Shown here piece by piece: positions 14,501 to 28,500 of a stretch of DNA of 64,000 bases. Position numbers and translations under genes: made by a program. Below the pieces are notes generated by a model. The model had not been told where the DNA came from and did not search any database. It was given only the letters and a program-made list of their open reading frames with translations. The stretch's first letter is position 1; each line of letters begins with the position of its first letter. Source of the stretch: Antedon mediterranea (lineage: Eukaryota > Animalia > Echinodermata); assembly GCF_964355755.1 (NCBI RefSeq), contig NC_092679.1, forward strand, positions 5,052,201-5,116,200, in the 5' to 3' direction.

Positions 14501-16837
14501 TGGTTACCCCCTATTTAACTAAGTTCCCCCAGGCGTTTTGAGTCGTGATAAATCAGACTTATATGTGACCACGTGACTAAGTTATTACTTGGATGAATTA
14601 GAGTAAGCTTTAGAATGTTTGTAAAAATAGGAACATCGCTCAGGGTTGTCTATTTATTATCGTCTTAAAAACACTCGCAATGTTAAAATTATACTCTGTG
14701 TGTACTTCGTGCACTCTATCGGCGAATTACCTAAATTAGCTGTGTAACAAGTACTTCTGGCGACACTGCGGGTATCCCGTTTCTATGACCCCAAAGTAGT
14801 ATTGGATGCCTGAATTGATTGAATAAAATTCAGATTGTTATCCTTCTTAAAGAAAACGGCAACGCATTTATGTTGCTTCACTTTAGATGTTTTCTTTGTT
14901 ATCTCGAACGTATTGTCTGTTATTCAAGCATATTAGGTTCATCAAGTACAAGCAACATATTTAATGATTACGACTCAGATGCTATAGAAATGTTTAAACT
15001 TCTTACATACAACTAAAATGTGATTTACATTTAAAAAGATTTCGTTCGTTGATCAAAAACAAAAATATGATTAAAAAATAAAAGCAGAAAGCAGATCTAA
15101 ATCTGTAGACTGTTGGACTACCGTACTAATCTTGGAAAACGGTTCGAAACCATTGCTTGTATCCTTAGGCAAGATACTTTACTTACGTTTGCCTCTCACC
15201 ACCCAGGTGTATAAATTGGTATCCGGTTAGATCAAGACACAACTTTGCGCTGATTACTAGCTGCATTATGGGAGTATGTTTCCATACGTGTTTGATGCAA
15301 AAATTGACCGGGGTAATAATGTTCAGTGCTCAGAGGTTTCACAACATTAGTCGCTATATAAATCCAGGATGTTATTATTATTATTATTATTATTTAAATG
15401 TATTATTAATGAAATTATTTAAATTTTCTTTTTCATTTGTATATATTTATATTGGCTCATATTTTATAGTTTAGCTTTTATTTTCAACCTGTTATTGGTG
15501 TTTTACACTGTTGGTTTGATATAAAGAATAAAGAATAAAGAATTATTATTATCTATTAATAGATTCGAACCCATGACATGCGTCACGTAAGGCAATCGAT
15601 TGTGTATGTTATATATCCATATTTTTCCTTTATGTGATATTGTTATAATACATTTATTTGGTCACTATTGATGAATAATAACCAGCAGTGAGAATATGAT
15701 CAACCCCTACACAAATTCTACACTCACTATTATTATTACATTATTATATTTCAACAGATGGTTTTGTTATTTTATGTAAATAATTAAAATATCATACTAT
15801 TGATTAACAAATCAATCAACAAATGGAACTCACTACCAGAACATGTCATTAAAAGCACAAACACAAATTCATTCAAAAACAACCTCGAAATTCACATAAA
15901 CAAAAGGAGAGAGGGCAACTATTACGAGCATTAAGCTCACAGCCTCTTTTAATCACTAAAGGTAAGAAACAACATACATAAAAGACTTATGATTGGTTCT
16001 CATTTGGACACAACGCGTAACCAGAAGCGACAGTTCATATGAGCCGTTGTGTCGTGAAAATTGTTTGCGTTTACGTCCCTGGGTTGCGTTTTTCAATGGG
16101 AACCAAGCTTTAGGATGATACGAAAATGAGCTTTATATAAAATTGAGTTTTGATAGAACAAATGTATACACAATGGTAAATCTATTAAATATTTAGCAGA
16201 CATAAATTATTAAGGAAAACAGAAATCCAAGGAACAGAAGCTTATGAAAAATACGAATAATGCATAGGTACATATTGGTTTTTAATTGCCTAAACAACAA
16301 ACTATTTTTACTAGAGTTTTATTTATTTATTGTGTATCATTTTGACAAAAGTACTATATTTCTCCAGTATCATATGAGTATTCTGTAATATAGCATCACA
16401 TGTGTTTCACGCTTATCGCCTAGTACCATAGACATTTAACCTAACATGATACGGGTACACATGTGACACACATGAGATGCAGTATTGCCGAATATTCCTA
16501 ACTGGGCAATTATTGTTGTATTGTAGAGATACAGCACTGAAAATCGGTTCTGGTATCTGTAAAGTTAGTCTTAATATTTAATGCTAAAATTGATTAGGCA
16601 TGTAGTCTTCTTAACATCGACTAGTCTGTTGATATGAAGACTCGTCTGTGTTAGTATATATCAACTATTAGTTTGATTTTACAGTACTGAGAATGATCAA
16701 CGCATAAATAACTTCGAAGTTAATGTAGATCTATCTACTTACCTAATAAAGATTGTAGCTCCGTTCGACTCGAAATTCTCTGTAAAATCTGTCCAAGAAT
16801 TTGTAATCAAACTTATTTCATTGATAGTAAGGCTCAT
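5412..16837 (-). CDS. Single-domain globin (neuroglobin/cytoglobin-like invertebrate globin), 3 exons, 154 aa: join(16743..16837, 8144..8372, 5412..5552)
   Basis: Manual splicing at GT-AG sites with matching phases gives MSLTINEISLITNSWTDFTENFESNGATIFIR|LFDQNPELILLFPFGKRERTDAELKRHPLFKRHVRGVMNTINTAVNNIDNLSIIFPTLKQLGKKHQKYGVKPAFFT|AVENALVYALGQALQDACTNDHEQAWRKLFQIISGTMKIGLEEQND*. Globin hallmarks: A-helix Trp, CD1 Phe, distal E7 His, E11 Val, proximal F8 His, H-helix AW; introns at B12.2 and G7.0. Confidence 0.93.
7518..7820. mobile_element. TTAA-flanked MITE family C (Kolobok/T2-like). Other copies at 1392-1699, 38745-39046 and 60368-60714
   Basis: TTAA|AGATGTATT..AATACATCT|TTAA; shared internal TTAACTTTATTAAAACTACAAA and TTAATTAATCTTCATTTTTCAT. 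Confidence 0.75.
8144..8372 (-). CDS. Globin exon 2 (B13-G6, both heme histidines)
   Basis: TTTTCAG| acceptor, |GTGAGT donor; overlaps ORF 7955..8350. Confidence 0.93.
10024..10222. repeat. C-rich simple repeat (CCCCTTCCAT/CCCCTTTCAT)n
   Basis: Read directly. Confidence 0.9.
10548..11185. repeat. Perfect minisatellite, 22 x 29 bp (CCTCAATCACAGTACACCAAATGTAAGAC)
   Basis: 638 bp = 22 x 29; no spacer or variant seen. Confidence 0.95.
12695..12873. mobile_element. MITE family A1 in globin intron 1
   Basis: 179 bp, flanks TAA/TAA; lies in one copy of a local duplication (12466-12594 vs 12641-12945). Confidence 0.88.
15105..15393 (+). mobile_element. Degenerate tRNA-derived SINE with (TTA)n tail
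   Basis: B-box-like GGTTCGAAACC, CORE-like TGTATCCTTAGGCAAGATACTTTAC, tail GCTATATAAAT..(TTA)n; similar tails at 7203-7270 (-), 40295-40360 (+) and 44733-44792 (+). Confidence 0.65.
16743..16837 (-). CDS. Globin exon 1 (A-B helices)
   Basis: ATG at 16837; ends AG|GTAAGT, phase 2 (B12.2). Confidence 0.88.
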
Positions 16838-17379
16838 GTTGTTGTCTGTTGAATAGATTTCTGACTAAGTGGCGATAGTGTTTATCGTCGTCGTGTCCGT
16901 AAAGGCAATGCCAGGTGGGTGGAAATATAAGATCCGTAATAGTTACGCTTGTTGGGCGTTGCACGGTATAGTAGATGGCACGTGGTATAACAGCGTTACT
17001 GGTGTAGTTAAACTGGTCAATATCGGCTCTCTGTTATGCATATAAGCCAAGATATGATTAGAATAACTTAAGCGGATTAGTAAATATGTTTAAAAATATA
17101 ATACAAATCTGTAGTTGCGCGTATAGTATCCGACCGTATATTGGTTCGATCACAATTTAGAATCCACTGCTTATCGCCGTAAACCGAGTATTGATCTTGT
17201 TTCCACGGTCGAATATATCTGCAATAGATTGAATGAAAGTTGATACAAACAAGGCGAGATTGAGTCGACGTATCGACGACAGAGAAGTAACGCTTTGGCA
17301 AATATTAGCATTTGGGAGTGTTGAATATTCATGTACGCGTCAGCAGCAGATATTCGTCGTTTTGATAGATGCTGTAAAA

Positions 17380-19220
17380 ATCCTTGTTTTATAGTACAAA
17401 CATGGATTTTCGAAAATAGCCCAAATTCAACCATTATTTGTTGCCATGCGCAGAGTCGAATATTGGGCATGTCAATTAATATTATGCTATAGTAACCAGT
17501 TTTATCGGAAAATAAAAAGGTCGAAATTTTGCTCTTTTTCGAAAAAATCCATGTACTATAGTACAGGGAAATTTTCGAAAAATTGCCATTTTTCGACCCT
17601 TTTACTATTTACTATAGCATAATAAACATGCGCAGAGTCGAATATTAGGTTCTGCGCATGTCAATTATGCTATAGTAACCAGTTTTATCTATTTTTTGAC
17701 ATACATGGTTACTATAACAAAATAAACATGCGCAGAGTCGAATATTGGGTTTTGCGCATGTTAATTATACTTTAGTAACCAGTTTTATCGGAAAATAAAA
17801 AGGTCGAAATTTTGCTTTTTTTCGTAAAAATCCATGCACTATAGTACAGGGAAAATTTTCGAAAAATGGCCATTTTTCGACCCTTTTATTTTATGATATA
17901 AATAGTTACTATAGCATAATAAACATGCGTAGAGTCAATAATGCTATAGTAACCAGCTTTATCTATTTTTTGACATAAATGGTTACTATAGCAAAATAAA
18001 CATGCGCAGAGGCGAATATTAGGTTCTGCGCATGTCAATAATGCTATAGTAACCAGTTTTATCTATTTTTTGACATAAATGGTAACTATAGCAAAATAAA
18101 CATCCGCAGAGACGAATATTGGGTTCTGCGCGTGTTAATTATGCTATAGTAACCAGTTTTATCGGAAAATAAAAAGGTCAAAATTTTGCTATTTTTCGAA
18201 AAAATCCCTGTGCTATAGTACAGGGAAATTTTTCGAAAAACGGCCATTTTTCGACACTTTTATTTTATGATATAAATAGTTAATATAGCATAATAAACAT
18301 GCGCAGAGTCAAATATTAGGTTTTGCGCATGTTAATTATGCTGTAGTAACCAGTTTTATCTATTTTTTGACATAAATGGTTACTATAGCAAAATGAACAT
18401 GCGCAGATTCGAATATTGGGTTTTGCGCATGTTAATTATGCTATAGTAACCAGTTTTATCGGAAAATAAAAAGGTCTAAATTTTGCTATTTTTCGAAAAA
18501 ATCCCTGTACTATAGTACAGGGAAATTTCCGAAAAAATGGCAATTTTTCGGCCTTTTTATTTTATGATATAAATAGTTACTATAGCATAATATACATGCG
18601 CAGAGTCGAATATTAGGTTCTGCGCATGTCAATTATGCTATAGTAACCAGTTTTATCTATTTTTTGACATAAATGGTTACTATAGCAAAATAAACAGGCG
18701 CAGAGTCGAATATTGGGTTCTGCGCATGTTAATTATGCTATAGTAACCAGTTTTATCGGAAAATAAAAAGGTCGAAATTTTGCTATTTTTCTAAAAAATT
18801 GTCATTTTCGACCCTTTTATTTTATGATATAAATAGTTACTATAGCATAATAAACATGCGTAAAGTTGAATATTAGGTTCTGCGCATGTCAATTATGCTA
18901 TAGTAACCAGTTTTATCTATTTTTTTGACATAAATGGTTACTATATAGCAAGTTAACCATGCGCAGAGTCGAATATTAATTACGCATGTTAATTAAACTA
19001 TAGTAACCAGTTTTATAGGAAAATAAAAAGGTCGAAATTTTGCTATTTTTCGAAATTTGAAACCTTTTATTAGTAAATTAGACAATTTTTTTATTATTTT
19101 GGTTATGTACTATAGCCTAATTGTACAGGAATTTTTTTTCGAAAAATTAACAAAATACAGTCGTGAAGAAGACATTGTGTGCGCATGTTACCTTCACGTA
19201 TTTTGAGAAGACTGTATTTA
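17380..19220. repeat. Hairpin-rich tandem repeat (higher-order unit ~290-295 bp)
   Basis: Repeated GGTTACTATAGC..AACATGCGCAGA-loop-TCTGCGCATGTT..GCTATAGTAACC and TTTTCGAAAAA..TGTACTATAGTACA..TTTTCGAAAAA. Confidence 0.9.
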
Positions 19221-19221
19221 A

Positions 19222-19588
19222 TTTTTAGTCGCGTGGACGCGACTCTATAGTTCACTATGTCGGTCGGTCGGTCTGTCGGTCGGTCTGTCGGTCCGGTATC
19301 ACTATGCGATTTATCGCTTTCTGACCTTATCTTGATATCAGTTTAATCTAGTCAGTCAATTTTTTACAGTATATTCCTTATGGCCAGGAATCGATGTGGT
19401 TATGTTTTCACGGTGCGCAATAAAAAATTACGCGGTCTACGCACGATTTAACAAAATCACGTTTGTAATCATATCTTCACAACCATGAATCACAATTAAA
19501 TAAAATTTGGTACTCATAAATTTCAGGGCATAAATGATCATATGGCAATACAATTACGTGCGTAGCGCATGTAACGCATGCGTACGCA
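19222..19588 (+). mobile_element. Helentron-associated (HINE/DINE-1-like) element, one end plus internal part, running into the satellite
   Basis: T-run + AGTCGCGT-GG-ACGCGACT inverted repeat + (GTCG/GTCT)n microsatellite; first ~85 bp shared with 30886..30976. Confidence 0.7.
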
Positions 19589-22500
19589 TGTGACTTAGGC
19601 AATTAAGGAGAGCTGACTTATGATCTGCCTAACTCACTGCTTATATATTTATACTGCCCTCTGTACATTATCTGAGTGCTTTTATATACATTTGCACATG
19701 CTCAGATCGTCTTTTTTGTGTTTTTGCCTAAGTCAGCTGTGTGACTTAGGCAATTAAGGAGAGGAGACTCATGATTTTTTAAATAAAATAAGAAATACAT
19801 TTTTATAGTATATTTTTTAACCCATTTGTTACAAATTCTTTCTCTTTTATTGCTACTTTCCTTTTCTAAAATCATCAGTGTTAATTTTAATCTGAAGAGC
19901 TGATGCTATTAAATTTTGTTACTTAAAGGTAGCATTTTTTGTATATAGATGATATCGACAGCCTCATAACAAAAGTGTCTAAGTCATAATTTTTTTTCTG
20001 CCTAACTCACTGCTTATTTCAATATACTATATTTTTTGTGTTTCTGCCTAAGTCAGCTGTGTGACTTAGGCAATTAAGGAGAGCTGACTTATGATCTGCC
20101 TAACTCACTGCTTATATCAATATACTATATTTTTTGTGTTTCTGCCCAAGCCAGCTGTGTGACTTAGGCAATTAAGGAGAGCTGACTTATGATCTGCCTA
20201 ACTCACTGCTTATATCTTTATACTGCCCTCTGTAAATTATCTGAGTGCTTTTATATACATTTGCACATGCTCAGATCGTTTTTTTGTGTTTCTGCCTAAG
20301 TCAGCTGTGTGACTTAGGCAATTAAGGAGAGGAGACTCATGATTTTTTAAATAAAATAAGAAATACATTTTTATAGTATATTTTTTAACCCATTTGTTAC
20401 AAATTCTTTCTCTTTTATTGCTATTTTCCTTTTCTAAAATCATCAGTGTTAATTTTAATCTGAAGAGCTAATGCTATTAAATTTTGTTACTTAAAGGTAG
20501 CATTTTTTGTATATAGATGATATCGACAGCCTCATAACAAAAGTGTCTAAGTCATAATTTTTTTTCTGCCTAACTCACTGCTCATATCAATATACTATAT
20601 TTTTTGTGTTTCTGCCTAAGTCAGCTGTGTGACTTAGGCAATTAAGGAGAGGAGACTCATGGTTTTTTAAATAAAATAAGAAATACATTTTTATAGTATA
20701 TTTTTTAACCCATTTGTTACAAATTCTTTCTCTTTTATTGCTACTTTCCTTTTCTAAAATCATCAGCGTTAATTTTAATCTGAAGAGCTGATGCTATTAA
20801 ATTTTGTTACTTAAAGGTACCTTTTTTTGTATATAGATGATATCGACAGCCTCATAACAAAAGTGTCTAAGTCATAATTTTTTGTTTGTTTTTCTGCCTA
20901 ACTCACTGCTTATATCAATATACTATATTTTTTGTTTTTCTGCCCAAGTCAGCTGTGTGACTTAGGCAATTAAGGAGAGCTGACTTATGATCTGCCTAAC
21001 TCACTGCTTATATCTTTATACTGACCTCTGTACATTATCTGAGTGCTTTTATATACATTTGCACATGCTCAGATCGTCTTTTTTGTGTTTTTGCCTAAGT
21101 CAGCTGTGTGACTTAGGCAATTAAGGAGAGGAGACTCATGATTTTTAAAAAAAAATAAGAAATACATTTTTATAGTATATTTTTTAACCCATTTGTTACA
21201 AATTCTTTCTCTTTTATTGCTACTTTCCTTTTCCAAAATCATCAGTGTTAATTTTAATCTGAAGAGCTGATGCTATTAAATTTTGTTACTTAAAGGTAGC
21301 ATTTTTTTTATATAGATGATATCGACAGCCTCATAACAAAAGTGTCTAAGTCATAATTTTTTTTTCTGCCTAACTCACTGCTTATATCAATATACTATAT
21401 TTTTTGTGTTTCTGCCTAAGTCAGCTGTGTGACTTAGGCAATTAAGGAGAGCTGACTTATGATCTGCCTAACTCACTGCTTATATCAATATACTATATTT
21501 TTTTTGTGTTTCTGCCTAAGTCCGCTGTGTGACTTAGGCAATTCAGGAGAGCTGACTTATGATCTGCTTAACTCACTGCTTATATCTTTATACTGCCCTC
21601 TGTACATTATCTGAGTGCTTTTATATACATTTGCACATGCTCAGATCGTTTTTTTGTGTTTCTGCCTAAGTCAGCTGTGTGACTTAGGCAATTAAGAAGA
21701 GGAGACTCATGATTATTTAAATAAAATAAGAAATACATTTTTATAGTATATTTTTTAACCCATTTGTTACAAATTCTTTCTCTTTTATTGCTACTTTCCT
21801 TTTATAAAATCATCAGTGTTAATTTTAATCTGAAGAGCTGATGCTATTAAATTTTGTTACTTAAAGGTAGCATTTTTTGTATATAGATGATATCGACAGC
21901 CTCATAACAAAAGTGTCTAAGTCATAATTTTTTTTTCTGCCTAACTCACTGCTTATTTCAATATACTATATTTTTTGTGTTTCTGCCCAAGCCAGCTGTG
22001 TGACTTAGGCAATTAAGGAGAGCTGACTTATGATCTGCCTAATTCACTGCTTATATCTTTCTACTGCCCTCTGTAAATTATCTGAGTGCTTTTATATACA
22101 TTTGCACATGCTCAGATCGTTTTTTTTTTGTGTTTCTGCCTAAGTCACAACCTAAGTCAGCTGTGTGACTTAGGCAATTAAGGAGAGGAGACTCATGATT
22201 TTTTAAATAAAATAAGAAATACATTTTATAGTATATATTTTAACCCATTTGTTACAAATTCTTTCTCTTTTATTGCTACTTTCCTTTTCCAAAATCATCA
22301 GTGTTAATTTTATTCTGAAGAGCTGATGCTATTAAATTTTGTTACTTAAAGGTAGCATTTTTTTTATATAGATGATATCGACAGTCTCATAACAAAAGTG
22401 TCTAAGTCATAATTTTTGTTTTGTTTTTCTGCCTAACTCACTGCTTATATCAATATACTATATTTTTTGTGTTTCTGCCCAAGTCAGCTGTGTGACTTAG

Positions 22501-25500
22501 GCAATTAAGGAGAGGAGACTCATGATATTTTAAATAAAATAAGAAACACATTTTTATAGTATACTTTTTAACCCATTAATTTGTTACAAATTCTTTCTCT
22601 TTTATTGCTACTTTCCTTTTCTAAAATCATCAGTTTTAATTTTAATCTGAAGAGCTGATGCTATTAAATTTTGTTACTTAAAGGTAGCATTTTTTGTATA
22701 TAGATGATATCGACAGCCTCATAACAAAAGTGTCTAAGTCATAATTTTTTGTTTGTTTTTCTGCCTAACTCACTGCTTATATCAATATACTATATTTTTT
22801 GTGTTTCTGCCCAAGTCAGCTGTGTGACTTAGGCAATTAAGGAGAGCTGACTTATGATCTGCCTAACTCACTGCTTATATCTTTATACTGACCTCTGTAC
22901 ATTATCTGAGTGCTTTTATATACATTTGCACATGCTCAGATCGTCTTTTTTGTGTTTTTGCCTAAGTCAGCTGTGTGACTTAGGCAATTAAGGAGAGGAG
23001 ACTCATGATTTTTTAAATAAAATAAGAAATACATTTTTATAGTATATTTTTTAACCCATTTGTTACAAATTCTTTCTCTTTTATTGCTACTTTCCTTTTC
23101 CAAAATCATCAGTGTTAATTTTAATCTGAAGAGCTGATGCTATTAAATTTTGTTACTTAAATGTAGCATTTTTTGTATATAGATGATATCGACAGCCTCA
23201 TAACAAAAGTGTCTAAGTCATAATTTTTTTTTTCTGCCTAACTCACTGCTTATATCAATATACTATATTTTTTGTGTTTCTGCCTAAGTCAGCTGTGTGA
23301 CTTAGGCAATTAAGGAGAGCTGACTTATGATCTACCTAACTCACTGCTTATATCAATATACTATATTTTTTGTGTGTTTCTGCCCAAGTCCGCTGTGTGA
23401 CTTAGGCAATTCAGGAGAGCTGACTTATGATCTGCTTAACTCACTGCTTATATCTTTATACTGCCCTCTGTACATTATCTGAGTGCTTTTATATACATTT
23501 GCACATGCTCAGATCGTTTTTTTGTGTTTCTGCCTAAGTCAGCTGTGTGACTTAGGCAATTAAGAAGAGGAGACTCATGATTTTTTAAATAAAATAAGAA
23601 ATACATTTTTATAGTATATTTTTTAACCCATTTGTTACAAATTCTTTCTCTTTTATTGCTACTTTCCTTTTCTAAAATCATCAGTATTAATTTTAATCTG
23701 AAGAGCTGATGCTATTAAATTTTGTTACTTAAAGGTAGCATTTTTTGTATATAGATGATATCGACAGCCTCATAACAAAAGTGTCTAAGTCATAATTTTT
23801 TTTTCTGCCTAACTCACTGCTTATTTCAATATACTATATTTTTTGTGTTTCTGCCTAAGTCAGCTGTGTGACTTAGGCAATTAAGGAGAGCTGACTTATG
23901 ATCTGCCTAACTCACTGCTTATATCAATATACTATATTTTTTGTGTTTCTGCCCAAGCCAGCTGTGTGACTTAGGCAATTAAGGAGAGCTGACTTATGAT
24001 CTGCCTAACTCACTGCTTATATCTTTATACTGCCCTCTGTAAATTATCTGAGTGCTTTTATATACATTTGCACATGCTCAGATCGTTTTTTTTTTGTGTT
24101 TCTGCCTAAGTCACAACCTAAGTCAGCTGTGTGACTTAGGCAATTAAGGAGAGGAGACTCATGATTTTTTAAATAAAATAAGAAATACATTTTATAGTAT
24201 ATATTTTAACCCATTTGTTACAAATTCTTTCTCTTTTATTGCTACTTTCCTTTTCCAAAATCATCAGTGTTAATTTTATTCTGAAGAGCTGATGCTATTA
24301 AATTGTGTTACCTAAAGGTAGCATTTTTTTGTATATAGATGATATCGATAGTCTCATAACAAAAGTGTCTAAGTCATAATTTTTGTTTTGTTTTTCTGCC
24401 TAACTCACTGCTTATATCAATATACTATATTTTTTGTGTTTCTGCCCAAGTCAGCTGTGTGACTTAGGCAATTAAGGAGAGGAGACTCATGATTTTTTAA
24501 ATAAAATAAGAAATACATTTTTATAGTATATTTTTTAACCCATTAGTTACAAATTCTTTCTCTTTTATTGCTACTTTCCTTTTCCAAAATCATCAGTGTT
24601 AATTTTAATCTGAAGAGCTGATGCTATTAAATTTTGTTACTTAAAGGTAGCATTTTTTGTATATAGATGATATCGACAGCCTTTTAACAAAAGTGTCTAA
24701 GTCATAATTTTTTGTTTGTTTTTCTGCCTAACTCACTGCTTATATCAATATACTATATTTTTTGTGTTTCTGCCCAAGTCAGCTGTGTGACTTAGGCAAT
24801 TAGGAGAGCTGACTTATGATCTGCCTAACTCACTGCTTATATCTTTATACTGCCCTCTGTAAATTATCTGAGTGCTTTTATATACATTTGCACATGCTCA
24901 GATCGTTTTTTTTTTGTGTTTCTGCCTAAGTCACAACCTAAGTCAGCTGTGTGACTTAGGTAATTAAGAAGAGGAGACTCATGATTTTTAAAATAAAATA
25001 AGAAATACATTTTTATAGTATATTTTTTAACCCATTTGTTACAAATTCTTTCTCTTTTATTGCTACTTTCCTTTTCCAAAATCATCAGTGTTAATTTTAA
25101 TCTGAAGAGCTGATGCTATTAAATTGTGTTACTTAAAGGTAGCATTTTTTGTATATAGATGATATCGACAGCCTCATAACAAAAGTGTCTAAGTCATAAT
25201 TTTTTGTTTGTTTTTCTGCCTAACTCACTGCTTATATCAATATACTATATTTTGTGTGTTTCTGCCCAAGTCAGCTGTGTGACTTAGGCAATTAAGGAGA
25301 GCCGACTTATGATCTGCCTAACTCACTGCTTATATCTTTATACTGCCCTCTGTAAATTATCTGAGTGCTTTTATATACATTTGCACATGCTCAGATCGTT
25401 TTTTTGTTGTTTCTGCCTAAGTCAGCTGTGTGACTTAGGCAATTAAGGAGAGGAGACTCATGATTTTTTAAATAAAATAAGAAATACATTTTTATAGTAT

Positions 25501-28500
25501 ATTTTTTAACCCATTTGTTACAAATTCTTTCTCTTTTATTGCTACTTTCCTTTTCCAAAATCATCAGTGTTAATTTTAATCTGAAGAGCTGATGCTATTA
25601 AATTTTGTTACTTAAAGGTAGCATTTTTTGTATATAGATGATATCGACAGTCTCATAACAAAAGTGTCTAAGTCATAATTTTTGTTTTGTTTTTCTGCCT
25701 AACTCACTGCTTATATCAATATACTATATTTTTTGTGTTTCTGCCCAAGTAAGCTGTGTGACTTAGGCAATTAAGGAGAGGAGACTCATGATTTTTTAAA
25801 TAAAATAAGAAATACATTTTTATAGTATATTTTTTAACCCATTTGTTACAAATTCTTTCTCTTTTATTGCTACTTTCCTTTTCTAAAATCATCAGTGTTA
25901 ATTTTAATCTGAAGAGCTGATGCTATTAAATTTTGTTACTTAAAGGTAGCATTTTTTGTATATAGATGATATCGACAGCCTCATAACAAAAGTGTCTAAG
26001 TCATAATTTTTTTTTTTTTTTTCTGCCTAACTCACTGCTTATATCAATATACTATATTTTTTGTGTTTCTGCCCAAGTCAGCTGTGTGACTTAGGCAATT
26101 AAGGAGAGCTGACTTATGATCTGCCTAACTCACTGCTTATATCTTTATACTGACCTCTGTACATTATCTGAGTGCTTTTATATACATTTGCACATGCTCA
26201 GATCGTCTTTTTTGTGTTTCTGCCTAAGTCAGCTGTGTGACTTAGGCAATTAAGGAGAGGAGACTCATGATTTTTTAAATAAAATAAGAAATACATTTTT
26301 ATAGTATATTTTTTAACCCATTTGTTACAAATTCTTTCTCTTTTATTGCTACTTTCCTTTTCCAATATCATCAGTGTTAATTTTAATCTGAAGAGCTGAT
26401 GCTATTAAATTTTGTTACTTAAAGGTAGCATTTTTTGTATATAGATGATATCGACAGCCTCATAACAAAAGTGTCTAAGTCATAATTTTTTTTTCTGCCT
26501 AACTCACTGCTTATATCAATATACTATATTTTTTGTGTTTCTGCCTAAGTCAGCTGTGTGACTTAGGCAATTAAGGAGAGCTGACTTATGATCTGCCTAA
26601 CTCACTGCTTATATCAATATACTATATTTTTTATGTGTTTCTGCCTAAGTCCGCTGTGTGACTTAGGCAATTAAGGAGAGCTGACTTATGATCTGCTTAA
26701 CTCACTGCTTATATCTTTATACTGCCCTCTGTACATTATCTGAGTGCTTTTATATACATTTGCACATGCTCAGATCATTTTTTGTTTGTTTCTGCCTAAG
26801 TCAGCTGTTTGACTTAGGCAATTAAGGAGAGGAGACTCATGATTTTTTAAATAAAATAAGAAATACATTTTTATAGTATATTTTTTAACCCATTTGTTAC
26901 AAATTCTTTCTCTTTTATTGCTACTTTCCTTTTCTAAAATCATCAGTGTTAATTTTAATCTGAAGAGCTGATGCTATTAAATTTTGTTACTTAAAGGTAG
27001 CATTTTTTTGTATATAGATGATATCGACAGCCTCATAACAAAAGTGTCCAAGTCATAATTTTTTGTTTGTTTTTCTGCCTAACTCACTGCTTATATCAAT
27101 ATACTATATTTTTTGTGTTTCTGCCCAAGTCAGCTGTGTGACTTAGGCAATTAAGGAGAGCTGACTTATGATCTGCCTAACTCACTGCTTATATCTTTAT
27201 ACTGCCCTCTGTAAATTATCTGAGTGCTTTTATATACATTTGCACATGCTCAGATCATTTTTGTTTGTGTTTCTGCCTAAGTCACAACCTAAGTCAGCAG
27301 TGTGACTTAGGCAATTAAGGAGAGGAGACTCATGATTTTTTAAATAAAATAAGAAATACATTTTTATAGTATATTTTTTAACCCATTTGTTACAAATTCT
27401 TTCTCTTTTATTGCTACTTTCCTTTTCTAAAATCATCAGTGTTAATTTTAATCTGAAGAGCTAATGCTATTAAATTTTGTTACTTAAAGATAGCATTTTT
27501 TGTATATAAATGATATCGACAGCCTCATAACAAAAGTGTCTAAGTCATAATTTTGTTTTTCTGCCTAACTCACTGCTTATATCAATATACTATATTTTTT
27601 GTGTTTCTGCCCAAGTCAGCTGTGTGACTTAGGCAATTAAGGAGAGCTGACTTGTGATCTGCCTAACTCACTGCTTATGTCAATATACTATATTTTTTTG
27701 TGTTTCTGCCTAAGTCCGCTGTGTGACTTAGGCAATTCAGGAGAGCTGACTTATGATCTGCCTAACTCACTTCTTATATCTTTATACTGCCCTCTGTACA
27801 TTATCTGAGTGCTTTTATATACATTTGCACATGCTCAGATCGTTTTTTTGTGTTTCTGCTTAAGTCAGCTGTGTGACTTAGGCAATTAAGGAGAGGAGAC
27901 TCATGATTTTTTAAATAAAATAAGAAATACATTTTTATAGTATATTTTTTAACCCATTTGTTACAAATTCTTTCTCTTTTATTGCTACTTTCCTTTTCTA
28001 AAATCATCAGTGTTAATTTTAATCTGAAGAGCTAATGCTATTAAATTTTGTTACTTAAAGATAGCATTTTTTGTATATAGATGATATCGACAGCCTCATA
28101 ACAAAAGTGTCTAAGTCATAATTTTTTTTTTCTGCCTAACTCACTGCTTATATCAATATACTATATTTTTTGTATTTCTGCCTAAGTCAGCTGTGTGACT
28201 TAGGCAATTAAGGAGAGCTGACTTATGATCTGCCTAACTCACTGCTTATATCAATATACTATATTTTTTGTGTTTCTGCGTAAGTCAGCTGTGTGACTTA
28301 GGCAATTAAGGAGAGCTGACTTATGATCTGCCTAACTCACTGCTTATATCTTTATACTGCCCTCTGTACATTATCTGAGTGCTTTTATATACATTTGCAC
28401 ATGCTCAGATCGTTTTTTGTGTTTCTGCCTAAGTCAGCTGTGTGACTTAGGCAATTAAGGAGAGGAGACTCATGATATTTTAAATAAAATAAGAAACACA

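Noticed and set aside
16840-17060. Globin core promoter / TATA box
   Set aside because: No unambiguous minus-strand TATA or Inr in AT-rich sequence, and the transcription start is unknown.
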